A stretch of 64,000 bases of DNA, from the NCBI RefSeq assembly GCF_009914755.1, contig NC_060926.1. The stretch is one strand, 5' to 3'. This DNA is from the human T2T-CHM13v2.0 reference genome, Homo sapiens. The translations under genes and the position numbers were made by a program. The notes below the pieces were generated by a model, which made no database searches, was not told the origin of the DNA, and saw only the letters and a list, made by a program, of their open reading frames with translations. This document shows positions 33,626 to 46,834 of this stretch, in pieces; the stretch's first letter is position 1; every line of letters begins with the position of its first letter.

Positions 33626-33903
33626 ACCCTGCCCCTGAACCCTGACCCTGACCCCTAACCCCTGACCCTGACCGCTAACCCCTGGCCATAACCCTAACCC
33701 CTAACCCTAACCCTTAAACCTAACCCTAACCCCAACCCTCACCCTCACCCTAACCCAAACCTAACTCCTAATCCCTAACCTCTCTTAACACCTAACTCTA
33801 AACGTTGACTCCTAACTCCTAACTCTGACCCCAACTTCTATCTCCAACCCCTAACCCTAAACTTAACCCCTAACCCCTAACCCTAACACCAACCTTAACC
33901 CTA
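33626..33903 (-). repeat. Interstitial degenerate telomeric repeat, (CCCTAA)n on +
   Basis: About 280 bp of CCCTAA mixed with CCCTGA, CCCCAA, CCCTCA and CTCCTAA variants. Confidence 0.95.
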
Positions 33904-34500
33904 GGTTCATTACTACATTTGTATTGACTATGTCAATGTTGATTATTATGATCGCTGTCTTAGGACTGCATGGCAGCGAGGGGATTGTGGATCTTATATT
34001 AATGTTTTTGTATTGAGGCAGTGCATTAGCACTACAGGTGCTTGTTACATGAGCAATGGGGGTGTCATATTTTGGGTGTCATGTCTGCATTAGGAATGCT
34101 GCATTTGTCTTCCGAGACTGCGGTGTGGATCTCACACTGCGGCCGCCTCGCCTTGGCAGGGGAGAACCTTGGTGGGCAGGATTCAGAGGGGCTTTTGCTT
34201 TCCCGTTTTCCACACTGAACCCTTCTAACTGGTCTCTGACCCTGATTATTCAGGGCTGCAAACAGGAAGGATTTTATTCACCGTCGATGCGGCCCCAAGT
34301 TGTCCCAAAGCGAGGCAGTGCCCCCAAGGTCTGTGCTGAGGAGAACGCTGCTCTGCCTTCGCGTTGGCCCCCCGGGTCTGTGCTGAGCAGAACACACCTC
34401 ATCCTGTGCTGAGGAGAACGCAGCTCCGCCCTCCTAAAGGCACACAGCGCCGGAGCAGGGCACCGAGAGGCGCACCCGAACCCGAATCCTAACCCTATCA
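33904..34500. repeat. TAR1 telomere-associated repeat with 61-bp and 29-bp unit remnants
   Basis: Three copies of the GTCTGTGCTGAGGAGAACGC core (34329-34425), then gcgccggagcagggcaccgagaggcgc and a short CCCGAA/CCTAA tract at 34475-34498. The TAR1 assignment is from recalled subtelomere sequence. Confidence 0.85.
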
Positions 34501-35141
34501 CCGTCCTAAGAGCCCTGGGGAGACCTTAGGGAACAAGCATTAAACTGACACTTGAGTCTGTAGCCGGCTCTGCCAAAAGACTTGGGGTTGGGGTGATATG
34601 AGGGCAGGGGTCAGGGAAGAAAGCGTTCTGGTTTTAGACTCACAGGAAGATCTGTGAAGTGCACTTGGGTAGAGCACATGTTGCCTGGCGTGCGCTTGAA
34701 AAAAGCCTAAGAAGAGGGGGCGTCTGGAAGGAACTGCAACGCCAAGGGAGGGTGTCCAGGCTTCCCGCTTCAACACCTGGACACATTCCGGAAAGTTTCC
34801 TCAGAAAGCCAGAAAAATAATAATAATAAAAAAAATCCAGAGGGCGGGGGGTGGGGGGGTGTCTAATAGGGCTTTACTGGGACTGTCTTAATCCTCCAAA
34901 CAACCCTGCCATAGCAGCCCATCAGTCCTCTGAGACAGGTGAGGAACCTGAGATCACTGAAGGATACCCAGAACGTCCAAGCAAAGCCCCCTAGGCCCCC
35001 CACATCTCCCCCCGTGGCAGCTCCAACCCCAGCTTTTTCACTAGTAAGGCACGCCGGCTGCTGGGCCACGCCCACTCCCCCAAGCGGGAGTTTGATAAAC
35101 AAACTGTTAATTATTATTACCTATATCTGGATGGGTTATGA

Positions 35142-35471
<330 letters not shown>

Positions 35472-35897
35472 TAAAATATATTTTTGTTTTCAAAAATTGT
35501 GTGGTATGCATGAGTTTTATAGCAAGAAAAATTATAACTTATTTTGAATTAAATTCCATTGTTTTAAAATTAAGCAATAGATGAGCTCGAATTTTAAGCT
35601 CCACAAATGACCAAGAACTTCTTTGATTCCCTTTTAAACCTGTTGTCTGTTTTAATCACTCATATGGAATCATTCATAGGTTTTTACTTAAAATCTGAAC
35701 CAAATAATGAAGTAACTGTTTAAATTGTTAGATTTTGAATATGGTTCAGTTGGATGTAAAATGTAACTATTACTCAGGAAAACCATCTGATTTTTTTTAG
35801 CAAGCGATATTCTTTCTTTCTGAGAGAATTTCACAAATGTTTCTACCTAATGAATCACATTTTAAAAATAACACTTGTAATTCTTTTTTCTTTTTAG

Positions 35898-35987
35898 TTT
35901 CCTGCCTGCGATGGCTCATATAATAAACACAATGAATTGACAGGAGATAATGTGGGTCCACTAATACTGAAAAAGAAAGAAGTATAA
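35898..35987 (+). pseudogene. CISD2: CISD2 exon 3 paralog (duplicated fragment; a long AT-rich 3'UTR follows)
   Basis: Polypyrimidine tract and tttttag|TTT CCT GCC TGC GAT GGC TCA TAT..., translating FPACDGSYNKHNELTGDNVGPLILKKKEV*, the CISD2 C-terminus. Too short for the ORF track. Upstream exons are absent. Confidence 0.93.
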
Positions 35988-36827
35988 TAATAATATTATA
36001 ACAATATTTTCTCATTCTTTGTGTATAGAAAATTTTAAAATGGTGGTCTTAATTATTACTACTGGTTGAACAATTATTTCTTCCAATTTATTTTCTTCCT
36101 GCACTACTGTTTGTATTTGATCCTTTGTCTATTCAGTCACTTAATTAGAAATTAAATTGTCAAGCCTCTTATTCTGACTTCAAAGAATTAATGTATCTTC
36201 CAACAATAAAATCACTTCTGATTTTAATCTAGGAAAACCTAAATTGTGGCTATGGATCCAAAGCTGCTTGTTTCTTTGAATATCAATATTTTCAACAGGA
36301 TCTTGTATTTAAAATTCCCGCCTACATTGTTAAATATGTTATTTTTTCATATCTCTTTTGGTTTTGATAATCTGAAGTGTTTTTTTCTCCTTTTGGCCTT
36401 CCAAACTGCATTTGTTTAGGTGAATTAAGAAAAATATTGCCATCAAGAATTACTTGTGTTCTCTATCGACTCTTTGCTTTATAGAGATTGTTGGGTATTT
36501 AATATGAATATCCCAGCTTTAGAAAAGAAGTAAACTGGATACAAAAAGTTCCATTGAGGAACAGTTATTTACAGTATAAAAGATTTGTGTACTTTACAAA
36601 AGGCTTGTGTCTGTTTGTGTGTGTGTGTGTATTTTAAACTGTTTGACTCAGTGACAGCTGGGGTGGAATGGCAAGAACACTTACAACCAAACTCATGGGC
36701 TGCTGCAATTGGAAGATCAATTGGTAATAAATATAAGACATATTAATTCATATTAAAATAGTTCAGTGTTCAAAATTGTGGTTACGTGGACATTTTTCTC
36801 TTTTTAACACTATAAAGCATTAAAATA

Positions 36828-37082
36828 CAGTCATCCCTTGTATACACTGGGGACTAGTTCCAGGGCCACACATATACCAAAATCTGGCCATACTCAAGTC
36901 TCACAGAAAGTCTTGCAGAACCCATATGTAGAAAAGTTGGCCCTCCAATTGACCCTCCGTACACATGAGTTTCACATCCCATGCACAAATGCTGATCTGT
37001 GTTACCTCACCTGCATTTGATTGAAAAAAGTATGTGCATAAGTGTACCCACCCAGTTCAAACCCATGTGTAAGAGTCAACTG
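36828..37082 (+). mobile_element. MER8-like Tigger-family DNA transposon (MITE)
   Basis: TA|CAGTCATCCCT...GAGTCAACTG|TA: inverted termini with a TA target-site duplication, about 255 bp. Confidence 0.8.
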
Positions 37083-37204
37083 TACAAAAAAGTTTGTGAA
37101 ATAAATGTACTGGAGAATCTTTAAAATTTTTGTGCTTTTTAATCCTACTATTATGAGTCTTCTTAGTTTCATCTTACATTACTACTCTCATAATAGCTAT
37201 CCTT

Positions 37205-37315
37205 AGCCAGGAGCCATGGCACAGGCCTGTAGTCCCAAATGCTGGGAAGATTGAACTGGGAGGATGGCTGCAGTGCTGGAGCCCAGGAGTTCAAGGCCAG
37301 GCTGGGCAAAATAGT
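37205..37315 (+). mobile_element. Alu monomer (FAM/FLAM-like)
   Basis: gcctgtagtcccaa...gagcccaggagttcaaggccaggctgggcaaaatagtg. Confidence 0.65.
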
Positions 37316-39106
37316 GCTCTGCCTCTGCTGGGCTCTGTAGGGAATCCTTTCTCTTCTGAAAGAGTTACCATTTAACCCTCTTCACTGAGTGCATTTCTGA
37401 GACCTTGCTAGGCACTATGGAAACCGCTTAGTTGAGAAAAGACAAATACGAAGCTTTTCTTTAGTCTATTTAAGATACAATTTATTCAGTTCACTTTGCT
37501 TTCTTTTTATAAGAAGGCACAAGAGGCAGAGGTAATCCTTCTAGAAATAAAACTAATTGTTATTGAGAACTTGTATGTACCAGACACTACACTAAGCATG
37601 GTACTTGGGTTTTTAATTTATTACATGTAATGTCAGTAGGTTCAATTATATGATCAGAACATCTTCATGACCAGCAGCATGTATTTTAGAGTTAGAAATG
37701 TAGTCTGGTTTTTGAGAAGTTTTACAAGGTGTATGTTCAAAATTATTGTTCTTTCCTCACATGTCAGTGGGGGATAAATACAGCATTGCTCTCACTTCTT
37801 TGACTCTGGGTACTTTTTCGGATACTTTTTCTTCAACACTGTTAAGGAGCCTCACTCTCAGATTAACCAATTATTTTTCCACAGTTGTTCACCAAACTTT
37901 GGAAAAAATCCACCTCACCAAAATTTTGGATATCTTGGTCTGTGGTCATGAAATGCTTTTCTTTTTGTAAAATCTGTCACTGCGTCTCACAGCAACTTGT
38001 TTTCACACATGTTCTAGTGGTTCCCATAACTTCAATTTTACAGGAGGTAAATTTACTAAAAATGAGGAGACTAAAATGAATGACCAACTTTGAATTTTGT
38101 CAAATAACATTGAAAATGAATTATCTCATAAAAGGTAATTTTAATACCCCAAAAGTAAGATGGTTATACTCTCAGAATAAAGACTTTTTCCCTGCCACAT
38201 TTTCAGTTGTTAAAATATGCTAAGAGCTATGCCCATATCTTTTCCCACCTGTGCAAATTGTTTAGAAGCCTAGGGTTGGTAGTAAGCCTGTTGCTTTAAT
38301 AACTCTTTTAAATAAGCATTATTAGCAGTTTCCATTACTTCTTGTAAATTTACACAATTTTATTTTGTCCATCTTTAAAAAATAGACATCTAATAGCCAA
38401 ATATATTGGAATTGATACAGTATAAGTAACTTGTAGAATTTGAGGATAAGTGGTAAAGGAAAAAAAAAGTAACTTGGCTCTTGAAATACGTCTTGGGTTT
38501 CTAAAGCCTTCAAAATACAGCCTTGTTGTCACTGTGTCACATTATGATTGTTTTGAGGGCTACTTCTGCTTACCTAGGAAACTACTCATGCCTTACTCAG
38601 CAAATGAGCACCACTATTACATAAACATCAGGTATCCAAAAGTGTTAGCAGGCTTGAGGGATGAATGATTCATTCATATGGGTAATTAAGCAAGTTGAAT
38701 TATGGAAAGCACCTCACAATTCACTCAATTCAGCTTTGAGTTCAATGCCAAATATGATGATTCATTAAGTTGCCTTTGTATTGTGTAACCTAATTTGTTA
38801 ATAAGTTACAGGAAGCCAAATAAGCCAGCTGCTGATCTATATAGTACTACCTTCCTCATTGTGATTCCATAGTCTTCCAATAGAAATGTGCTATCAGAAT
38901 CTGTATAAAGAGTTTGTAAATTCCACTATTTAACAAGGTTCTTAAGAATTTAGGTGGATGTTTTATTTGATATCTACCAAAGAAACTTAACTAATTGTAT
39001 AACACTTAACACATTTAGAATTCAGTTGTGGCAGCATAACCAATCTGGAGAGACCAGGGGAGATGTTAGTAATGCTTGTACTTTATTCAGAAGTGAGTGC
39101 CTCATT

Positions 39107-39400
39107 GGCTTGGTGCAGTGACTACACACCTGTAATCTGAGCACTTTGGGAGGCTGAGGTGGGTGGAGTACTTGATCTCAGGAGTTCCATACCAGCCTGG
39201 GCAACATGGTGAGATCTCATCTCTACAAAAAAAATACAAAAATTAACCGGGCACCAGTGGCGCACCCGTAGTCCCAGTTACTCGGGAGGCTGAGGCACAA
39301 GAAACTCTTGAGTTGAGGAGGCAAAGGTTGCAGTGAGCCAGTTGTGCCATTGCACTCCAGCCTGGGCAACAGGAGTGAAACCCTATCTTAAAAAAAAAAA
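39107..39400 (+). mobile_element. Alu (AluJ-like)
   Basis: Full dimer with an A tail. Confidence 0.9.
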
Positions 39401-40610
39401 GTCTTTTTTTCTTCATCTAATCAAATTTATTGGGGCAGAAATCAGTACGAAGTTCGTAGGACAGGAGGAAACCAATATAAACATCTCAGCATTGTAGGAA
39501 ATTTAACCCATGGAAAGCAGGGCTGAATTAAAGACCACTTTGAAGGCCAGGAAAAGCAGATAATTTAGATATAGTCAAAGTATGAAATCATTGATAGATC
39601 CAGAACAAGGGAATGATGTATGTGTTTACATATTAGATCTACTTTATTAACAATTTTCCCTCTGTTAAACTAACATCGACTAATGGTAGTCTAGGTAAGT
39701 TAAGTTCAAATTAAATGGTAATTGAAAAGTCTTCTTTTTTAAAAAATTTTAATGGTAGAGGCAGCAGCTACCCAGAGTCTACTTATTCTTACTTCACATT
39801 GAATTCTAACAAGTTAGGTTATCTGATTTCTGCTTCCTAACAAATCACAAGTATCAAAAGGGTCTTGCAGAAGGGGTGAACTATAAAATGTGACAGCTGA
39901 CAGCAAGGCAGGGGAACAAAAATAAATTTAAGGTGAACATTAAAAGCATAGCAGCTTGAGACAATTTATAGGATTCTGCATACAACCGTCTCTGAGGACA
40001 TCACTGTGATCAAATTATACAAGTGATGTTTAGTGATGAATTGGAATCAAGATAAGTAGTATGTGTTATTTAAAAAGGCAGGATATGTGTTGCATTCGGT
40101 GGCAACAATTTCCCCTTAGCTACTTAGTTAAAAGCTTAGTGCTTAACATGTTGGAAAATTTATGTGTAAAATATATTGACTTATTCCTTGATGATTGGAG
40201 GCTTTATCACAGGAAGTTTTCCCATTCAATTGAAACATTTTTCAAGCTTAATGACTATAATTTACTACATAATTTATTTTGTTAAAGTTTGAGAAAAACT
40301 AAATAAAGAAGTAACAATTTAAGTCATAATAAATTTTGTTAGATGACTTCTTCCACTTTAGGGGGAATTAAAAATATTGTTTAAAAACCACATGTGCAGC
40401 AGTTCTGTCACTGCCTCAACACCTAGTTCGCCATATAGTCCCTTTGCACCACAGAGGTTGGAGTATAGAATATGCCCAAAGCTGTTTTTTTTTTAACTAT
40501 GCTGCATCATCTGAGGTTGTGTTAACAGTTTGTCCTAATAGTCTTTTACTGGAAAGTTGCTATATTTGATTATGTTCAGTAAGTAAACTAATTTTATCTA
40601 CTTTCATATA

Positions 40611-40895
40611 TTTTGAGACAAAGTCTGGCCCTGTCACCCAGGCTGGAGTGCGGGTGCGTGATCGTACCTCACTGCAGCCTCAGCCTCTTGTGCCTAAGTG
40701 ATCCTCCCACCTCAGCCTCCCAAGTAGCTGAGACTACAGGCATGCTTCATCATGCCCAGCTAATTTTTTACTTTTCTAAGAGACAGAGTCTCACTATGTT
40801 ACCCAGGCTGGTCTCGAAGTCCTGGACTGAAGTTATCCCCCCTGCCTCAGCATTCCCAAAGTGCTGGGATTGCAGGTGTGAGCAACCATGCCTGG
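40611..40895 (-). mobile_element. Alu (AluJ-like)
   Basis: Reverse-complement dimer. Confidence 0.9.
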
Positions 40896-41457
40896 TGTTT
40901 TATCTTTTGCAGAAATTCAATTTAGTAAAGTCATGTTGTAGCAAGCATCATTTTCATATAAAAAGTGTACAGTTCATATTATTAGCAAATGTATTGTGTA
41001 ATTTTATATTAGTTATGGTTTTCAAGGACTTTGAAAATCTGTTCAGAAAGACTGTGTTTTTTAACCAGAGATGACATCACTCTAACTTTCCTTTGGTTTA
41101 AATGTTTGATTCTTTGCTTACAAAATTTCTGTTTTGAACAATTATTGTGAAAATGTATATTTGCAATACTGTTTTCTTAGAACACTGTTGTCAGATAGCT
41201 CAGCCATAATGTTAACACATTTCTGATCTCTATTATAAGGCTGTAATTTTCCAAAATAATATAGAAAAGGAGAAAAGGGTAGTACATTTCATAATTACTG
41301 AGATGAACCCTGTAATAGTGAGAAAATAAAAAAGCCAACAATTTATTAAATTTTCAGATTTCCTGTAATTTTCCATCACTATCCCTCATACATTTCCCTG
41401 CATGATCACACTAAAGATATAAATTCATCACATCCATTCAACAAATCAAGAAACTCA

Positions 41458-41949
<492 letters not shown>

Positions 41950-42173
41950 CTAATCCAAGAAGAAATTTAAAATGTTAATAGGCCAGTTACAAAGAAGAGA
42001 ATGTAAAGTGATTTTTTTAAATCCATAATTTAAAAAGTACTAGGGTTGTAAGAAGGATAATTTCAATGTTATTTAAAGTATCCCACATTTTTTTAAAAAA
42101 GGAAAACCAATTCATTTCTCATAGGCAGTGCAGCATTAATATGACAACCTTATAAACATAAGACAAAACTGTA

Positions 42174-42450
42174 GGCCAGGTGCCATGGCTTACACCTGTA
42201 ATCCCAGCACTTTGGGAAGCCAAGGCTGGTGGATCACTTAAGGTCAGGAGTTCAAGACCAGCCTGGACAATATGGCGAAACCCCGTCTCTACTAAAAATA
42301 CAAAAATTAGCCCGGCATGGTGGTGCATGTCTGTAATCCCAGCTTGAACCCAGGAGGCAGAGGTTGCAGTGAGCCAAGATCACGCCACTGCACTCCAGCC
42401 TGGGTGACAGAGCAAGTCTCCATCTCAAAACAAAAAAACAAACAAAAAAA
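42174..42450 (+). mobile_element. Alu (AluS-like) with a short internal deletion in the right arm
   Basis: Reads tgtaatcccagcttgaaccc, lacking the usual tactcgggaggctgaggcaggagaatc segment. Confidence 0.9.
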
Positions 42451-43198
42451 CCAATCTATAGACCAATCTGACTTATACATATGAATGAATGTTCTAAATA
42501 AAAACCCAGCAATTTTATCAATAATTGCAACAACAAAAAAAAGTAATACAGTATGCAAAGAGCATTGTATTTCAGGAATTCACGGGTATTTCAATATCAG
42601 TTAAGTATATTAACACAATTACATAATTGACGTCAAATAAGAGGAAAAGGTGATTATATCAGTAGACGCTGAGAGGGCTATTGTTAAGATTAAACATCCA
42701 CTCCTAATGAAGATTCTTGAGTAAAATAGAAATTGAAGGAAAGTGTCTAAACATAACCGTTATTTATGAAATGCCTACAAAACAAGTATTTTAAATCATA
42801 AAGGAACATTTCAATTAAAACAAGGAACCAGTAGGAATAGCTGCTGTCATTATTTGTTATTAAATATTATCTTGGAGGATCCATGAATGTAACGAGATTT
42901 TTAAATGAAATAATCAGTATAAATATATAGAAAACTTTTTTGGATATGATTATATGCCTAGGAAATCATAGAGATTAGGAAAAACAGAACTTTCAAATAT
43001 TTTAAAGAGGAATATTGGTAAGGTATTTGGAAATAAGATCATAATACAAAATATATTAGCAATAAACACCTTGAAATGCTAATGGTAGAAATATTCACAA
43101 TAACAAAAATAATAAAGGTAAAATAAATTTACCAAGAAAGATCTATAAGAAAAAAATATAAAAATGTTACCAAAAGCTATTGAATAAGAAACACATGA

Positions 43199-43487
43199 GG
43201 CTAGGTGCAGTGGCTCATACCTGTAATCCCAGCACTTTGGGAGGCCGAGGCAGGAGGACTGCTTGAGCCCAGGAGTTCAAGACCAGCTTCGGCAAATTGT
43301 GAAACGCTATCTCTAAACAAAACAAAACAAAACAAAACAAAAAACTAGTTGGGCTTGGCGCATGCTTATAGAACCAGGTACTTGGGAGGCTGAGGTGGGA
43401 GGTTGGGGCTTCAGTGAGCTGAGATCCCACAACTGCACTCCTGCCTGGATGACAAAGTGAGATTCTGTCTCAAAAAAACAAACAAAA
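43199..43487 (+). mobile_element. Alu (AluJ-like) with a (AAAAC)n linker
   Basis: Dimer with an expanded middle linker. Confidence 0.88.
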
Positions 43488-44419
43488 CTCTTGTAAAAAC
43501 ATAAATATCCTAAAATTATATATAAATTCAATTAAATTCACATTAGAATCACAAAAGCATTTTAAAATTGGATTAAATTATCTTAAAGTTCCTGTAGAAG
43601 AATAGTCAGAAAATTGTACCAAAAAAAAAGACTATTGAGAGGAACTTTTCTCACTAGATATCAACACCTACTATAGAACTATTGGAATTGATCAATTAAG
43701 AAAAACAATTGTATTCATTAAGAATAAGCAAGAGTGGTAAAAAATTGTGAATCTACATGTAGTTGAAAAATTAATATATGAAAATAAAGAATTCAAAGAA
43801 AACAAAATTGGACCCTCAATTTACACTGAAGGCTTTGAAGTGATACACAAAATGATTTTTAAAATGATTTAAATACATACATAAATGGAGAGAGGAAGGG
43901 TGGGAGAGAAGCGGGAGAGAGAGAAAATAGAAGACTAAAGACAGGAACACCTATGTGGAAAAAGATAACACTTAATGACAAAATATGTTTTATGTGAATA
44001 TCAGTCATACATAATAAATATGGGAGACATTGTGTTGTGGGTTACAGTAAAGCATTAAGAAAGAGAGCAAGTGAACAAAAAAAGAAAGAAAACTACCAAA
44101 TTCCATGTATGATACCCCATTTTGAAATTACATAAATTAAACGTGTACACATAAGAAAATTTTAAACATTAAAATTTTGTTAACAAAATGGATTTGATAA
44201 CACGAAGGCCATTGATGACCTTACCCACAGCAGCTTTGTTTAAATGGGGATTAAGGATGGAGCAAAATTTTTATTAGAACACTTTGAATAATGAATTAGC
44301 AAACTACAATAAACTGAAATCTTACCTACCAAATAATCTCAGTAAAGTAAACAAATCTAAAAGAAATGAATAAAACAACTGTGAGCAAAAAAGGATAGAG
44401 TCATTGCATATAATGTAAA

Positions 44420-44905
44420 TGAGACAAGGATGGCCTCTGTGTATTGGCGCCTGGGTTATTTCTTCACAGCATGCTGAAATCCATTAACTCAAAAACCAAC
44501 TGGCACCAAACTCAAATTTTTAAACATCCAATTGTGTTAAACATAGCCCAGACATGCAGATTTGTAGGCATTTAGAGCCTGCCTGATTTACATGCCCTGG
44601 GAAACTACGTCCAAAATCTGCTTGCCACAGATAAACTCTAGGCTGTAAAGACCCCAAACTGCTTCTGCTCTTTGGAACTCTGTGAACTACAGACTCCATG
44701 CCATGCTGAAGAGTGATATCACTGAGACATGAAAGCCTCCTCTCTGATCCTTTCCTCCCTCAGGAGTTCCTTTGCCCTCCTCCCCTTCTGAGTGGTGGCC
44801 CCCTTGTCTCAATCCTCTGGTCCATCTCTTGCTGTGAAGACCTTCTCCAGGATAGAAACCTGACAAGAGATCATCCAGATAAAGCCCATGTGTGCTTCTG
44901 TCACA
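44420..44905 (+). mobile_element. Probable solo ERV LTR, family unassigned
   Basis: About 490 bp, more GC-rich than the AT-rich flanks, with TG...CA ends and an ATAAAG near the 3' end. Confidence 0.4.
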
Positions 44906-46212
44906 ACTTTTTCTATATTTTTCTAATTTTTTTCTAAACTTTTCTAATTTTTTCTTAATTTTTATAAAATTGTGGATACCTAATAATGTAGTCTCAAAAT
45001 AAATAAAGCCAAAATTAGAATTGGAAAGAGCAATAAAAAAATCTACACAGTGAGAGATTTTAACATTTCATTTTTAGTAATTGAATAAATAAACATAAAA
45101 TTAGTAAGTCTAATCAACAGTTAAAGAATTTCTATTCTTTTCAAGCACACTTGGAGTATTTACAAAAATTGACCAGATACTAGGCCTAAAGGTAGTATCA
45201 AACGTTTACATTGTTATAAGAAATGTGTAATAGCACTATTAGAAATCAATAACAAAAACTTATCCAAAAGTAATCCATGAATTTTAGAAACTACAAACAG
45301 CTTCCAAATGATTCATGGAAGCAAGAAGAAATTATAATAAAAATTAGAACATGCTTAAAATTGAATTAAAATGAAAAGATTACCGATCAATATATATGTA
45401 AAATAACTGAAGCCGTACTTAGAGTGAAATTTACCAGAAGCAATTCACATTCATGGGAAGGACAACAGCATGCATTTAGAGACTTGTCCAAGATGTATAT
45501 TAGTTCCTTGACTCTCTGTCCTAACGTAGTCCAGAGACCTGAGCTGTCTGGACATTCTGTAGCATGTTACATTTGTCCATTTTATTTACCAGTTAAAATA
45601 GACTGGGTAAGAAATAACATGTTGGATGGCCTAGAGAGACACAAGCATCCCTGCGAGAGAAAATCATCTGAAGATTTAAGGACCTGTGACATCAGTCGCA
45701 GAAGATTTTAGGGGGCCCATTTGTCCCCCAATACTAAGGAATACTGTTCTGACACATTTGCTGAGTGACACAGAAGGCTTCCACCTTTGACAAAAGCTTA
45801 GGGCAGAAAAGGCCTCTGCAGCAGGTCCAGGATCCAGGGCAAGCAGCCCTACTGTTTGAGCCATACAATCTAGTAGGCTGTATGGTATTAGAAGTATATG
45901 CAGTTGGAAAAAGCACCATGTAGAGTTTACAGCAAACCCTAATAGACGATTCACACATAGTCTTGTGGGGTTCACTAGCATGGTCATGCTATCTGCAAGT
46001 AATTGTATATTGTATAAATATATAGCATAATTGTGTACTTTAATAGCTCTTAGCATGCTACTGCACCTAGGTAGAGACGGACTATCTGACAACAAATATT
46101 AAGTGACCATGTGGCTAAAAGTTCCCACCGTGAGTTTGGTTTTGTTAGATCTACCAGATCATAAGGACAGGCTGGCCCAGCAACAAATCATAATAAAATA
46201 GAAGTAGCACAT

Positions 46213-46580
46213 TGAATTAGTCCATTTTCACATTGCTATAAAGAACTACCCAAGACTGGGTAATTAATAAACAAAAGAGGTTTATTGACTCATAATTCCG
46301 TATGACTGGAGAGGTCTCAGGAAACTTATACTTATGACTAAAGGCAAAGGTGAATCAGGCACCTTCTTCACAAGGCAGCAAGAGAGACAGAAAGCAAGGG
46401 GGGGATGTGCCAAACACTTTTAAACCATCCGCTCTCATGAGAACTCACTCAATATCATGAGAACAGCATGAGGGAAACTGCCCCCATGATCCAGTCACTT
46501 CCCACCCGGTCCCTCTCTCTACATGTGGGGATTATAATTTGAGATGAGATTTTGTGGGGACACAGAGCCAAACCATATCA
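46213..46580 (-). mobile_element. THE1/MST MaLR solo LTR
   Basis: The minus strand starts TGATATGGTTTGGCTCTGTGTCCCCAC; about 368 bp. Confidence 0.9.
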
Positions 46581-46834
46581 CATCAAGGATTGGGCATGAG
46601 AAAGACTAGAGGACACAAGTAAGCAGTATGATCAGGTGATCCAGGTCCCCACATTATCCAAATTGTGACACTAGATTCTCTCCCTCAGCTGGCAACTCTG
46701 CCTATGTGGGAGTTCCAATATTGCTAAAGGAGGAAAAAAGCTAAGCTTGTTCATTGGAAGATCAACTCAGGATGCGGATGTAAGTAAAATATGATAGCAG
46801 CCTACTTCAGCTATGGAAAGATAGCAGTAGATTA

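Noticed and set aside
33626-34500. Head-to-head telomere fusion site like 2q13
   Set aside because: Only one orientation (CCCTAA on +) is present; there is no opposing TTAGGG array.
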